Below, piece by piece: positions 62,330-64,000 of a DNA stretch of 64,000 bases (positions are counted from its first letter, which is position 1; every line of letters begins with the position of its first letter). Both the position numbers and the translations under genes were made by a program. This stretch comes from Hemiscyllium ocellatum. Lineage: Eukaryota. The notes under the pieces were generated by a model. It was not told where the DNA came from. It made no database searches and saw only the letters and a list, made by a program, of their open reading frames with translations. The DNA lies in assembly GCF_020745735.1 (NCBI RefSeq), contig NC_083413.1, positions 81,193,612-81,257,611 on the forward strand. The letters run 5' to 3'.

Positions 62330-64000
62330 AGCCTTTACTGTAAAGTGGCTGCAGGATGACAAGGATTGGGTTCAGAATACTGAGAGAGATCTGACAATCA
62401 AGAATCATAAGAAGTGAGGTAGAAGTGGAGGAGAGCACTTTTCATCAAAGACCTTTGTTCAGGGGATCAGGATATGGAATCAGATTGGGTGGAGATGAGG
62501 TATAATAAGACCATGAGACATAGGAGCATATGTGGGTCATTCATTCAGCTCATTGAGTCTGCTCCACCATTCAAGGAGATCATGGCTCATAATCCTCAAC
62601 TCCACTCTTCTTCCTTCTCCTATAACCCTCAATTCCCTTACTAATTAACAATCTGTTTATCTTAGCCTTAATGACCCAGTCTCTTCAGTCGTCTGCAGTA
62701 AAGAATTCCACACATTCACTAGCCTTTGAGAGAAGAAATTCCTACTCATCTTTGTCTTAAATGTGTGATTCCTTATTCTAGGATTATGACCTGAGGTCCT
62801 AGAATGTCTCTCAAGAGTAAACATCCTTTCTGTATCTACCCTGTCAAGTCCTCTAAAAATCTTGCCTGGGAAAAGAGGTGTCAAATGGGAGTGATCTACC
62901 CTGAACAGTAACCGTAACATAGGAAGAAGTATACATGAAGAAATATTGGGTGCTTGTGATAAAGAAACATCGATAATCAAAGGTGATTTTAATCTACCTA
63001 TAAACTGGAAAATCAGATTGTCAGTAGTATCTCAATGAGAAGTTTATAGAAGGTTTTGACGTAATTTCTTGGATTAGCATATATTGTAACTGATCTGAGG
63101 ACAGGCTATACTAGACTTGGAATTATGTACTGTGGAATTAATTAATGACCTCAGAGTAAAGACTCCTCTTATGATTAAATTTTATTTGAAGTTTGAAAAG
63201 GGAGTGTGAGCATCATAAACTGAAATAAGGGCAACTATGTTGGCATACGAGCATGAATAGGAGGTTTGGTGACCAACAGAAAACTGAGTATGCATAAATG
63301 AGTCTTTTTCAGATTGACAGGATATGATGAGTAGAGTCCTGCAGGAATCTGTGCTGGGCCCTCAACGTTTACAGTTTATATCAATGAACTAGATGAGGGC
63401 ATTGAAAGCATGATGACTAAATGTAAAGACGACAAAGATAGGTAGGAAAGTACATTCTGAAGAAAGGATAAGAAAGTTGCAGACAGGTGAAGATAGGTTG
63501 AATGAGAGCATATAATGTGGGAAAATATGAAATTGTTCATTTTGGCAAGAAGAGTGAAAAACAAAGAATGACTTCAATGGAGAATGACTGCAAAATATTA
63601 ATATGCGGAGGGATCTAAGTATTAATGTATAAATCATGAAAAATTAGTATACAGGTATTGCAAGAGATTAAGATGGCCAGTGGAATGCTATCCTTATGAT
63701 AAGAGTTAAACAATAAAGTAAGGTTATGCTTCAGTTATACAGGGCATTGGTGAGGCCATGTTGTGACTATTGCCCTGAAATTAATAATTGGAATGAGCAG
63801 ACTGTGTCTTATGAGGAAAAATTGGTCAGGCTGGACTCATTTCCACTGGAGTTAGAAGAGTGAGAGATGACTTGATTGACATCCTGAATGGTCTTGACAA
63901 GGTGGTCGTGGAAAGGATGTTTCCTCTTGAGAGTGAATCCAGAGTTTAAAAATTAGGGGTTGCCCTTTAAGCATAGAGATGTGAGGGAGAAAAGAATTGT
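62330..64000 (+). mobile_element. Highly decayed CR1 ORF2 fragments with a nested minus-strand CR1 end (~62510-62862)
   Basis: GDFN, QES VLGPQ and D.TK.G-like remnants. Minus ORF 62657-62980 carries SRTSGH...RNFFSQRLVNVWNSL. Confidence 0.75.

Overview
Eukaryotic, repeat-rich genomic DNA, almost certainly from a shark or other elasmobranch (HE1/V-SINEs, CR1 LINEs, GIY-YIG Penelope-like elements). Three spliced host genes can be reconstructed by hand. CEP19 (minus strand; 164 aa; coding exons 6963-7092 and 4320-4684) lies head-to-head with PIGX (plus strand; 6 exons, 12222-36072; 250 aa). The first coding exon of BOK lies at 58385-58607 and the rest of that gene is beyond the window. Most other ORFs in the track come from repeats. 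I see no demonstrably new gene system. The best leads are: (1) a CpG-rich solo-LTR-like element just after the PIGX stop, with five TCACGTG boxes, ETS, CCAAT, TATA and the first AATAAA downstream of PIGX, next to a perfect antisense splice donor; (2) a 156-bp piece of PIGX intron 2 copied in inverted orientation into a CR1 23 kb away; (3) minimal hammerhead ribozymes with covarying stems, several at the centre of palindromic mini-insertions; (4) uORFs whose stops overlap the start codon (TGATG) in both PIGX and CEP19; (5) RFX X-boxes. Exon coordinates were counted base by base; repeat boundaries are approximate. All homology calls are from recall, not from searches.
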